NCBI GenBank assembly: GCA_050084985.1
Contig: JBITNC010000001.1
Location: forward strand, 70,866,001-70,930,000
DNA: 64,000 nucleotides
Direction: 5' to 3'
Origin: Nageia nagi
Taxonomy: Eukaryota > Plantae > Pinophyta
Shown here: in pieces, positions 52,756 to 64,000 of the stretch
Position numbering within the stretch: position 1 is the first letter of the stretch
Layout: the number at the start of each line of letters is the position of its first letter
Position numbers and translations under genes: made by a program
Notes under the pieces: model-generated
The model's database searches: none
Seen by the model: the letters and a program-made list of their open reading frames with translations, nothing else
Told to the model about the DNA's origin: nothing

Positions 52756-54028
52756 TTAGGTTATTGGTTAAGGTTAGAGTTAGGGTTAGGGTTAAGGTTA
52801 GTGTTAAGGTTAGCATTAGCATTAAGTTACTTAGCTATCAAGGTTATGGTTAGTGGGTAGGGTTAGGGTTAAGGTTAATGGTTAGGGTTAGGGTTAGAGT
52901 TAAAGTTAGGGTATGTCATTAGTGGTTAGGGTTAGCATTAGGGTTAGTGGTTAGGTTAGGGTTATCATTAGTGTTAGTGTTAATGGCTTGGCTTATTAGT
53001 GGTTATGGTTACTATTAGGGTTAGCATTAAGGTTAGGTTAGGGTTAGTGTTAAGGTTAGTATTAAGGTTAGCATTAGGATTAATGTTTAGGGTTAGCATT
53101 AATGGTTAGGAGTTAGGGTTAGGGTTAGGGTTAAAGTTAGTATTAAGGTTAGTGATAGCATTAAGGTACTTAATTATGGTTATGGTTAGTGGGTAGGGTT
53201 AGGGTTAAGGTTAGAGTTAAGGTACTTAATTAGTGGTTAGGGTTAGAATTATGGTTAGTGTTTAGGTTAGGGTTAGGGTTAAGTTTAGTGTTAAGGTTAG
53301 CATTAGCATTAGGGTACTTAATACTCAAGGTTAGGGTTAATGGTTAGGGTTAGGCTTAGTGTTTAGGGTTAGCATTAATGGTTAGGGTTAGAGTTAGAGT
53401 TAGGGTACTTAATTAGTGGTTAGGTTTATAATTAGGTTGGTTAGTGTTAGTGTTAATAGTTTTGATTATTAGTGGTTAGGGTTACTATTAGGGTTAGCGT
53501 TAAGGTTAGGTTAGGGTTAGCATTAAGGTTAAAGCTAGTCAGGGTTAATCATTAGGGTTAGCATTAGGATTAGGGTTAAGGTTAGGGTTTGGATTAATGT
53601 TTAGGGTTAAGATTAATGGTTAGGAGTTAGGGTTAAGGTTACTGTTAAGGTTAACATTAGCATTAGGATACTTAATTATGGTTATGGTTTGTGGGTAAGG
53701 TTAGGGTTAGGGTTAATGGTTAGGGTTAAGGTTATAGTTAGGGTATGTAATTAGTGATTAGGGTTAGGGTTATGATTAGTGGTTAGGTTAGGGTTAGCAT
53801 TAAGTTTAGAGTTAGGGTTATTAGTTAGGGTCACTAAGAGTTAGGGTTTGGGTTAGCATTAGCATTAGGGTACTTAGTGCTCAAGGTTAGGGTTAATTAG
53901 CTTAGTGTTTGGGTCAGTTAGAATTAATGGTTAGGAGTTAGGGTTAAGGTTAAGGTTAGTTTCAAGTTTAGCATTAGCATTAAGGTACTTAGTAGTTAGG
54001 GTTATGGTTAATGGGTAGGATTAGGGTT
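52756..54028 (+). repeat. Degenerate TTAGGG-type telomere-like array (~1.3 kb) inside the CACTA
   Basis: Many TTAGGG hexamers with TTAAGG, TTAGCA, TTAGTG variants; higher-order blocks repeated (e.g. ~52997/53469, ~53077/53591). Confidence 0.95.
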
Positions 54029-54094
54029 TTGTTGATTAATTATAACTCCTAAAAGAACTTTGATTGATGATGTCTCTTCTATTGCATAGAATGT

Positions 54095-54290
54095 ATATGA
54101 TCATTTTATATTTATAGTTGAAAAAAATTATAGATTATTATTATTCTTATATATGATCATTTTATATTTGTAGTTGAAAAAAATTATAAATTATTATTAT
54201 TCTTGTATATTATCATTTTATATTTTACTTAATCTTTAATAATTCTAATTCTAAGATTAAAATATTTATAGATTATTATTATTCATGTAC
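54095..54290 (+). repeat. 56-bp tandem repeat (~3 copies)
   Basis: atatgatcattttatattt.tagttgaaaaaaattata.attattattattctt at ~54095, 54151, 54207. Confidence 0.8.
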
Positions 54291-54345
54291 TAATCTCTTT
54301 TTTATTTAAATTGTAAAATAGGTTAATGACTAATTAGCTTATATA

Positions 54346-55720
54346 ATGTCACTAAGGTAGAGGAGGAGTTATGTATCATTAGATTTAGATATTCAAATGC
54401 TACTACCTCAGCATGAGAGAGTTGTTAGGAGGTCAAGGAGTGATGTGTCATATGATTTAGAGGAGTTACTTACACCAATTACTAGGAGGTTCAAGGAGTG
54501 ATGTGTTATCTAATTCAAAGGATTTGTCTGCACCAATTATTATGAGGCTAAGGAGTGATGTATCATTTGATTCAAAGCCTAAGATATTTCCTAAACATCC
54601 CATGAGGTGGAGTGATGTTTCATCAAATGATGACAAGGTAAGATAAATGTTATATTATTAGTAAGATGTAGTTAAAAAGGAAAGATCATCTAAATTATCA
54701 CTTTCATGCATGATATTATTTGAAATATTTAACTTTAGTTTATTGATAATATTATAGGAAAAAAATGTGTAAATGATCAATAATTCATCATCATCATCAG
54801 AAGATGATGATGCCCATGAGGTAATCAATTGATCAATATTTGATTTTATTTTTGTATTTTTATATATTGAATGATATCAAATAAAACTAAATAAAATCAA
54901 TATGTAGATCCAAAAGATGAAGCCAAAATAATGTGTAGGTCCATTCATAGATGAAGTTAGAGAGATACCTAGAAGAATAAGATTTCAAAATTAGCTTCAT
55001 GATCAATTAGTAGAGGATACACATGAGTAGCCATTTGATCTACCAGAGGAGGATATTCATGATTTGGGTTTGATGTGCATGACACCAAAGCTACAACTTA
55101 AATATCAATATACATATGATCATGGGGCATATGATGTATGACCAACTGAATTACCTTTTACAAAGGCTAATGAGATATTTCCTTATAGTGGTCATCGATA
55201 CATGATCAAACCATCTAAAATGCACTCTAGATATGGTTTGTTTATACATAGTATTGTGGTTGTTACTCTAGGTTCTAAGATAGAGCCATTGATTCCATTT
55301 TGTGGGCTAATTTACATAGCAATGGTTTGGAGACTATAAGTGAGATATATGTATAGTATGTCTACATATGGATTATGTGCAAATGCTTCCAATATTACAC
55401 CTCCATAGTAGTTATAATGTTTATACATTGATGGTCAATAAAAAATACAAGGAAACATATCTAGATACATAAATAGTTATTTAGGTGAAGAATGGGCACC
55501 AAATTACAAAATTCACCAATGTACTAATGATAAATAAGACTTCATGGGTAGACAAATGAATAAGTATATAGTTTTTATTCTCATTAAAACTCTTAATGTA
55601 GGTGATGAGCTACTAGCTCACTACAGTTATAAGAGACCTAATCTAGCACATAAGGCATGAACTTTGGAGTTAGGAGATGATAAAAATGTAATAATTTGTC
55701 CAAGGCCAAAGTATGAATGG
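54346..55720 (+). pseudogene. Three-exon SET-domain protein gene carried by the CACTA
   Basis: Exons 54346-54637, 54758-54820, 54908-~55720 with GT-AG junctions; exon 3 in one frame: IKPSKMHSRYGLF...PFCGLI...LYIDGQ*KIQGNISRYINS...APN...IKTLNVGDELLAHYSY. Confidence 0.8.
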
Positions 55721-57783
55721 ATATTTCAATTTGTATTTATGGATAATGCATTGTATGTTTGGATGTATCAATTTTTTATATGTAGTATGAATGTATCAAT
55801 TTGTATGGATGTATATTCAAATTGTATGTTTGTAACTAATTGTTTTTATTCTAAATTAATGGTTTGTAAAGACTTATTTTATAAGCAACAAATAATCATC
55901 ATGATCAGTCAATAATGATAATTTTTACATCAACATTACTTCAAATAATGTAAGTAGGAGTGATAAAAAGATACTATGAAAAGCATGGATTTTTAATCAA
56001 TAAGCAAAGTTTATATCTAAGCCAAATCTAACAGCTCCTATTCAAATACATTTGTGGGATTCAAGCATTGATGATGATGAATTAAGAGAGGATAATATTA
56101 TTCATGATGATGATGCTAACAATAATGTTGATGAAGAAAATGGAATTGATGGTTTACTTAAGTCCCTTTATATTCATGTTGATGATGAAGAAAGAGATGG
56201 TGATGAAAGAGATGATGATTTAGAAAGGGATAGCATGTATAGTGCTTCCAAAACTAAATTATATGAAGGAACAAATGCAACTATTTTATCAACTATCCTA
56301 CTTTGAATGAACATAAAGGCCAAATATGGATGGTTAGATACAAGTTTCACTTCTCTGCTAAGGTTTGAATTTTATTTTATTATATGATTTTTCAATTTCT
56401 CGTATTTTAATTTATTTTAATGAAAGTAACTACATAAATTATTTTTAATTTGTATTATACGTTACTAAAAGAAAAGTTAATTCCAAGTGATAATGTCATC
56501 CCAGATTCATGCAAAAAAACACATGGCATTATGAAAGATGTAGGGGTCAAGTATAATTCATACCATGCATGTATTAATGATTGCATATTGTATAGAGGAG
56601 AAGAATATGATACAAATACTAAATGTCCAAAGTGTGAAGAATTAAGATACAGTGAAATAGGGAAAAAAAAACTCCAACTAAGGTTATTCATGTAATGTCA
56701 ATCCTTCCCAGGTTGATACAAATATTCTATTGTAAGTCACTTATAGAGTTAATGGATTGACATGTAAGAAATAGAAGTGAAGAATGTGTGTTGTGTATAA
56801 CTATAGATAGTAAAGCAATGATACATATAGAGGAGAAGTGGTTTGAGAAATTTAAGGATGAACCTAGGAGTGTTATATTGGGTTTAGCAATGGATGGTGT
56901 CAATCCATTTTCAAACTAAACATCCACTCATTCATGTGGGCATATTTTTATAATCAATTATAACATACCTCCATGGTTGTCTATAAGAAAAGAGCATTTG
57001 ATGTTGGTTGTTATAGTTCCTAAATTGAAATAGGTTAAACATATGGATGTATACATTAAACCAATAATTAATGAGTTACATCTCTTATGGAAAGGAAATC
57101 AAATGTATGACATAATTAGACCTATCAATCAGAGGTCATTTAAATGTTATGGCATACTATGTTAGACTATACATGATTATCTAAGGCTTTCTATTTATAT
57201 AGGTATATGTATATATATACATGTCTATATTTGATTTTTTATAATCATATGAATTATATGCATTCTCTAAATAAACTTATTAGAGGTATTCATACTGTTA
57301 GAATATTAAGTTCACTAGGGTTAATTAATTTTTCCTTAGTTTTTACTATTCTAGCTGGGCTATTACGAATAACCACATATTTGTCTACTTGTGCATTTTG
57401 CTCCCGCATGGTTGACATGTATTGTAAATTAGTTTGTGATTTGCCCTATTTATTCTAGGATTAATTCTCATTTTTGTATGAATCAATCTGAGGATTTTAG
57501 CTTCTCTTTCTATTTGTGGTGTCTTGCATCTCCTTATTTTCTAGGTTGAATTGATCTCCCTACAATTCTTCACATGGTACCAAAGCTGGTTGGATTTTTG
57601 CAAGCATTTAGACTCTTTGTGAGGCTTTCTTAGATTGATTCTCTTGAGGGATCTAGGTGCATCATTTTGTATTTTATGGGTGGCTTGTCCTAGCCTCCCT
57701 CCTGCTCATGGCATGCCCAGTGTAGCCTCCCAGGTGCTTCCCAACCATTAGAAAATGCTCTCATGTAGCTCCTCTACACAAGT

Positions 57784-58062
57784 GATCTCTACCTTGATTG
57801 CATCAGGAAGCTTGCAGATAATTGTACAGGTCTCCAAGGATTCCTTGTATTCAATGTAGTCGATGGAGGTACTGGATCTAGCCTGGGCTTTCTCCTCCTC
57901 GAGCATCTCTCCATGGACTATGGTAAGAAGTTCAAGCTCAATTTTATAGTATACCCATCACCATAGGTCTCAACATCTATATTTGAGCCCTATAATAGTG
58001 TTCTCTCCATGCACTCACTCCTAGAGCACATAAATGTGGTTATTTTGCTTAACAATAAAGCC
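57784..58062 (+). pseudogene. TUA: Captured alpha-tubulin fragment (~aa 116-208) in the Copia leader
   Basis: [92 protein letters not shown]. Confidence 0.95.
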
Positions 58063-58649
58063 CCCAACTTGTGCCATGCCTGGCCTCTGACCTACATGGT
58101 TTTGGCTACTCCTCACGATTCTCTTGGTCTCTACACTCCCATGGCTTGCTCACTGTAGATCTAGTTGGACTCTGCATGTTTGTAGCCCCTTGGAAACCCA
58201 CTCTCTTCTCCTCAGCTCGCATGGTCCTCCTCCTTGTGCTTGGCTCCTCACCTTCCATTCTCGTTGGGCTCTGCAGGTTGATTTATTTTTCTGGTCACTT
58301 CCCTATAGTTTTAAAAAAATTAAAAAAATAGTTTATTTTCTATTTTTTTTTAAATTAGAAAAATAAATTTTAATTTTTCTATAGTTTTAAAGGGCCATTT
58401 AACTGATTTGGAAGGCAAACACATTTAATTCCATAACTTGAGCAAACGGAACCTGATTGAGGTGCCATTTTTTACATTGTAAAGCTGGAGATAAGATCTT
58501 CCAAACTAGTAACATTGTAAGCCTTGATGGCAAGTTTCTTGGGGGGGTCATTTGAAAGTGAATAAAATTTGGATGGGGTCTTCTTATGTTGGGTGCTGAT
58601 TTTTGCACCTCTTATCGCTTGGTTTCTTGGTTCCTTGTTGGTTTTTGAG

Positions 58650-61600
58650 ATGGAGCATTCTTCATTTAAAATTGAACCTCTTACACCTCATAACTATCAC
58701 ATTTGGAAGCCATGGATGTTGACAATATTGGCACAAAGAGGATTAAACACACTCATTAAGGAACAAAAGTTCACATTCAAATCTGATTATGAAACTTGGT
58801 CATTTACAAAGGAAACTGGTGAAGCATTTGGGTTGATTAAAGCAAATGTTAGCAAGAGTTTGTGGTTTCATATTGATAATATTACCACACCACATGATGC
58901 ATGGGATAAATTGGAATCCTTTTTTGGTAAAGTTGACACTATGAGGGCTATGCAAATTCATGCTCAACTTACTGCATTGTCTCCTGATGATTTTCCCACC
59001 ATGGTCGATTATCACACTAAATTCAAAGAATTGTACATACAATTGATGGGTGCTGGTAAAAAGAAGAAAGAGGATGAATGCATCTATTTGATTTTATCAA
59101 ATTTGAAGGGTCCATTTCATGTATTTGCTTCTACATTCCTCTCTAAAAAGATGCTATGGGTGATAAATTCACAATGCCTAAGTTGGAAGAGTTTTGTGAG
59201 CATATTACAAGGGAAGAGTCTAAACTTTCAACTCTTGAGACATCTTCATCTTCATCTAAAGCATTGACTGCATCTAAAGGTAAGGGTAAGCCCAAGCCTA
59301 AGCCTAAAACTTCTACTTCTCAGCCAACTCCTAAAGCTCCTAATTCTAAATCCACTCCAGACAAAGAGAAGCCTAATTGTTCCTATTGTGGGAAGCTTGG
59401 TCATGTAATTGAAAAGTGTTATAAAAGGATGAAAGATGATAAAAGGAAGCAAAAATCTGAATCTTCTCATGTATCAGGCAAGGCTTTGAATGTTCATAGG
59501 AAAGGACATTCAATTTTAGATAGATGGGTTATGGATTCAGGTGCCTCTCATCACATAACTCCATGCTGGAGTCTTTTCCATCTCTTTGTTCTACTTCTAC
59601 TTCTAGCATTGAGGTTGGTGATTCCTCTCACATCTTTGTGAAGGGAAAAGGGTACGTTCTAGTTGATGGTGGTCACATCCTTGATGTGCTTTTGGTTCCT
59701 GAGCTCTCTTCCAACCTTCTTTCAATATATCAGATTTGTAATACTAGGGGGGGAGGACTGTGTTGTTCACTCCTGATGATTTTGAGATATGAAGTTTGAA
59801 TGAACCCCAATCCCTTATTGCTTATGGTGATGTTGATCATTCCTTATAGTTGTATCATTTTAAGGGATTTGATGATGATTCAGGTACTGGGTTGGTTTCC
59901 CATGCAGATTCTATGAGTAGACTTTGGCATGAGAGGTTTGGTCATCTCAACTATGGATATTTGTAGGAGTTGCATGCTCATAATATGGTCATTGGCTTAC
60001 CTAAGGTGTCTTGTTCTGATGGTGTTTGTCCTGGTTGTGCTCTTGGGAAACAACACCAAGACCCTTTTCCTAAAGGTAATGCCAATTGCGCATCTTCTCT
60101 TTTAGAGTTGGTGCATAGTGACTTGATGGTTTTTTCACACCCTTCTTTCACTGGAGCTTGATATGCACTTACATTCATTGATGATTTCTTGAGACATACT
60201 TGGGTGCATTTTCTCAAGTACAAGAGTGATGTCTTTGCTCATTTTAAAGTTTTCAAGGCTTTGGTCAAGAATCAATCTTCTAGTTGCATTAAGAAGTTTT
60301 GCATAGATAATGGGGGGGAGTATTTTAGTATTAAGTTTTTAGAGTTCCTTCAAAAACATGGTATAATTCATTAGCATTCAATTCCCCACACCCCAAAGTA
60401 GAATGGAGTTGTAGAAAGGAAGAACAGAACATTGAAGATGGCTAGTTGTATGATGCATTCTCGAGACTTTCCTCCTATTTTTTGGGTTGAGGTAGTCAAT
60501 TATGCAAACTACATTCAGAATCATACTCCTCATTGAGCTCTTGATCATATGACTCCTGAAGAGGCTTGGAGTGGAACCAAGCCTAATGTGTCATGCTTTA
60601 GAGTATTTAGTAGTCATGATTGGGCCTTCATTCTAAAGTGCAAGCATAAGGCCTTGGAAAAGAAGAGTAAGCCTCTCATTTTTGTTGGTTATAGTGAGGA
60701 TATGAAGGTGTATAGATTGATTGATCCTGACACCATGATCTTTTCTTCCACACTCATGTTCAGTTTGATGAGCACCTTCTTACTTCTCCCTCTTTTTCTC
60801 ATTCCTTGGTCTTACCTGACTCCCATGACACATCTTCTAAGATCCTTCATGGAGAGGATATTCCTGAGGTTGTTGCTCCTACATCATCTATTGATCCTCC
60901 TCCATCTCCACCACCTGTTGTAGCCCCTTCTTCTCCTCCTCCTGATGTTGCATCTTCTTCCACTGATGGTAGGTGCATGCCCAAATGGGCTCACTCTACA
61001 CTTGAGGATGCAGCACCTTTCATTAAGGATCTTCCTCCTTCTCATTGCCATTCCACTGGTTCTAGTCTTGTTGGTCAGGCACATTCAGGTGATCCAGAGA
61101 ATTTTTCAGAGGCCCATGGTTTGCCAGAGTGGGATGATGCTATGGCAGTTGAGTATTCTTCTTTGATGAAGAATGATACTTGGGTGCTTATTCCTTTACC
61201 TCGTGGGAGGAAGTTGGTTTGATGTAAATGGGTGTACCGAACCAAGTATGTAGCTGATGGTTCCATTGACAAGTATAAGGCTCATCTTGTTGCTAAGGGG
61301 TTCTCACATGTTGAAGGGATTGATTATTCTGAGACCTTTGCTCCTATAACCAAGATGGATTTTGTTCACCTTGTGCTTGCTCTTGCTACTACTCAAGGAT
61401 GGTCAATGTTTTAGATGGATGTGAAGAGTACTTTTTTGCATGGTGATTTTCATGAGGAGATCTATATGGAGTAGCCTGTCGATTTTGTCTAGGATTCTGC
61501 ACTTGTTTATAGGCTTAAGAAATCACTCTATGGCCTCAAACAAGCTCCTAGGGCATGGTATGAGAAGATGGACACTTTTCTTCTCTCCATTGATTTTGTT

Positions 61601-62623
61601 TGATGTTCCTCTAAACCTACAGTCTATATTTGGTGACATGGAGTAGATATCACTATTTTGGTGTTGTATGTAGATGACCTTCTTCTCACTGACACTTCAT
61701 GTTCTTGCATTTAGGTAGTTCAGCAAGCTCTTTCTAAGTGCTTTGAGATGGCAGATCTTGGCTTGGCCCACTACTTTCTTGGTTTTTAGGTGACACAGAT
61801 TGATATAGGGATTTCTATTTCTTAGTAGAAATATGCCTTGGATCTTCTTCATCAGTTTAGTATGGCTGATTGTAATCCTTCTCCAACACCTTTTCAAAGT
61901 GGAGTAACTTTGACTTCCTCTTGCACTTCACCATTATGTGATGCTACTTTGTATTGCCAGTTGGTTGGGAGTCTTCTCTATCTCACTCATACTTGACCAG
62001 GCATTTCATATGTTGTTGGGCTTATTTCACATTTTGCACAGACCCCTCATGAGTCTCATTGGTAGGTAGCCCAAAGGATTCTTCGATATGTGAGGAGCAC
62101 TACTCACTATGGTTTGCATTACATGAGAGGTGATCCAGTGTTGAGTGGATATATCGATTCTGATTGGGTTGGCTCTTTTGATGATCATCATTTTACTTTT
62201 GGCTATGTTTTTTGTCTTGTTTCTTCCCCTATTACTTGGTCATGCAAGAAGCAACAAGCTATTGCACTTTCATCGACTAAGGTAGAATACTGAGTAGCTA
62301 TTTATGTGAGTCAGGAGGCACTTTGGCTTCGACAATTATTGGAGGAGTTTGGATTTTCTTAGTCTAGGACCATAGTTCTTTGGTGTGATAATTAGAGCAT
62401 AATTCATATTTCACATAATTCTATTGAGCATTAGTGCACCAAACATATTGAGGTTCACATGCACTTCATCCGTCAGCATATTTAGGATTGCATCCTTAGC
62501 TTAGAGTACATTCCTACAGTGGAACAAGTTGCGGATATATTCACTAAATCCTTTGCAGCGCCTCATTTTCTTCAATTGCATGGCTTGCTTGGGGTGAAGG
62601 AAGTTGTCCTTGGGGGGTGTTGA
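58650..62623 (+). pseudogene. Copia gag-pol (gag, CCHC knuckle, PR, IN, RT, RH) with stops and frameshifts
   Basis: CSYCGKLGHVIEKC, WVMDSGASHH, LWHERFGHLN, DNGGEY, GIDYSETFAP, LYVDDL, ADIFTK. Confidence 0.95.
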
Positions 62624-64000
62624 TGAGGACATCTTCCTCTCCATCCTCCCTCATCTATTGTGAGATGTTTTTTTCCCCATGTGGTTTTTTCATCATCTTG
62701 TAGTAGAAATTTTTGCACATATTGTACATGAGTACCTGATCAAGCCTTGTTACCGGGACTCATTTTTTGTGGGTATGCCACTTTCTTTCCTTGTTCACTT
62801 AAGGGGGGGTGTTAGAATATTAAGTTCACTAGGGTTAATTAATTTTTCCTTAGTTTTTACTATTCTAGCTGGGTTGTTATGAATAACCACATATTTGTCT
62901 ACTTGTGCATTTTGCTCCTGCATGGTTAACATGCTGTTGTAAATTAGTTTATGATTTGCCCTATTTATTCTGGGCTTAATTCTCATTTCTGTATGAATCA
63001 ATCTGAGGATTTTAGCTTCTCTTCCTATTTGTGGTGTCTTGCATCTCCTTATTTTCTGGGTTAAATTGATCTCCCTACAATTCTTCACACATACAAAAGG
63101 TTATCATGCTTGTCCATGATGTGCAAAAAATATTTCATCAATATATTCAAGTAAGATGAATAAGATGGAATATATTGGCCACAGGAAATATTTGCCAATG
63201 GATCATACTTTTCAAAAAAAGGAGGCCTATGGTCCAATAGATAAAATCCCTATTCCTATTTATGAAACTTCTATGAGTTGGTTGATAAAGTACCATGAAT
63301 GTGAAGAACCCAAGATGAAGGTATTGCTTTAGGGTTAGATGATGAGATTATTCTTGGAAAAAATGATTTACTAGCAAGTTAAATATTATACATTACAATA
63401 TATTTGTAATATATTTTTTATTTTGAAAATATACAATGTTTATTATGAATTGGTTACATGTTTTCAAGAATGAACAAATTTTCAATATTTTATAAACTAG
63501 AATATTGGAAGGAGTTGTTAGTGACACATTTAATGGATCCTATGCACATTGTAAAGAATGTTGCAACTTGTTTATATTAGCATACAATAAGCAAAGAAGA
63601 AAATTCTGATATCATGAGAAAATAATTAAAATATATTAAGAAAATGAGATCTTTATGGATAACTAACTATCAATATGGAAGAAAAGAAGTACCTACACCA
63701 ACATGGCTTATGAAAAAAGATGAATTGGAAAAGTTACATAAATTTATTCAAAACATCAGAAAACCAATAGATTATGGATCATCTCTAAGAAGTGCATTTA
63801 GTGATGATGGTAAAATCACATGGTTCAAGACTCATGATTACCACAACTTCATGAAGGTATTGATCTCATATTATGTTTTTCAAATTTTTCATTGAAACAA
63901 AAATACTTGTTATATTTATGCTCATACTTTTTGTAGCATATTTTTCCAATTGCAATTCATGGATGTGGGGGTCTACCTGTTGATCTTAGACATGCAATCA

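Larger units (their letters stand above)
57296..63089 (+). mobile_element. Full-length Ty1/copia element; LTRs 57296-57574 and 62810-63089
   Basis: TG..CA LTRs (13 substitutions + 1 indel by eye, ~95% identical), TSD catac at 57291-57295 and 63090-63094, PBS tggtaccaaagc 57575-57586, PPT 62801-62809. Confidence 0.97.
48770..64000. mobile_element. CACTA (En/Spm) DNA transposon; right end lies beyond the window
   Basis: CACTACTACTAAAAAGGG terminus at 48770; subterminal TTTTGCATCC/GATGCAAA repeats 48780-49100; TnpA-like and TnpD genes inside. Confidence 0.9.
56040..64000 (+). pseudogene. CACTA TnpD/Tnp2 transposase (Transposase_21 family), spliced, interrupted by Copia
   Basis: LYEG, YHACINDCILYRGE, CPKC...RY, LGLAMDGVNPF, INYNIPPW, MDVYIKP, TIHDY; resumes TKGYHACP*C after 63089; LMDPMHIVKNV; KTHDYHNFM. 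Confidence 0.95.

Noticed and set aside
52756-54028. True telomere or chromosome-fusion scar
   Set aside because: Highly degenerate, single orientation, and flanked on both sides by CACTA-type genes
58569-59267. Longest ORF (232 aa) as a host gene
   Set aside because: It is the frameshifted Copia gag
62610-62625. Extra ggggggTGTTGA PPT/LTR-start-like motif at the end of Copia pol
   Set aside because: No matching LTR copy; the true LTR with TSD starts at 62810

Overview
AT-rich, CG/CHG-depleted plant nuclear DNA, probably from a gymnosperm (inferred from element families, PPR style and decay pattern). It is almost entirely nested, decayed transposons, and no intact host gene was found. In order: three Ogre/Tat-type Ty3/gypsy elements (1-22.7 kb), one of which lacks pol and carries an antisense, intron-containing Plant Mobile Domain (PMD) gene; a hAT fragment; a Copia RT/RNase H split by a non-autonomous LTR element; a PPR fragment; a CpG-retaining island with a candidate host exon; a ~250-bp satellite carrying a 5'-inverted L1 and a SINE; a MULE MITE; Copia and gag-protease-only gypsy remnants; and, from 48770 to the window end, a large CACTA element. 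The CACTA has an unusual layout: TnpA-like gene (-), 1.3-kb degenerate TTAGGG array, spliced SET-domain (lysine methyltransferase-like) gene (+), then TnpD transposase (+). The transposase is interrupted by a full-length Copia that captured an alpha-tubulin fragment. The SET-bearing CACTA is the most striking candidate novel system. All translations and alignments were done by eye; boundaries marked ~ are approximate.
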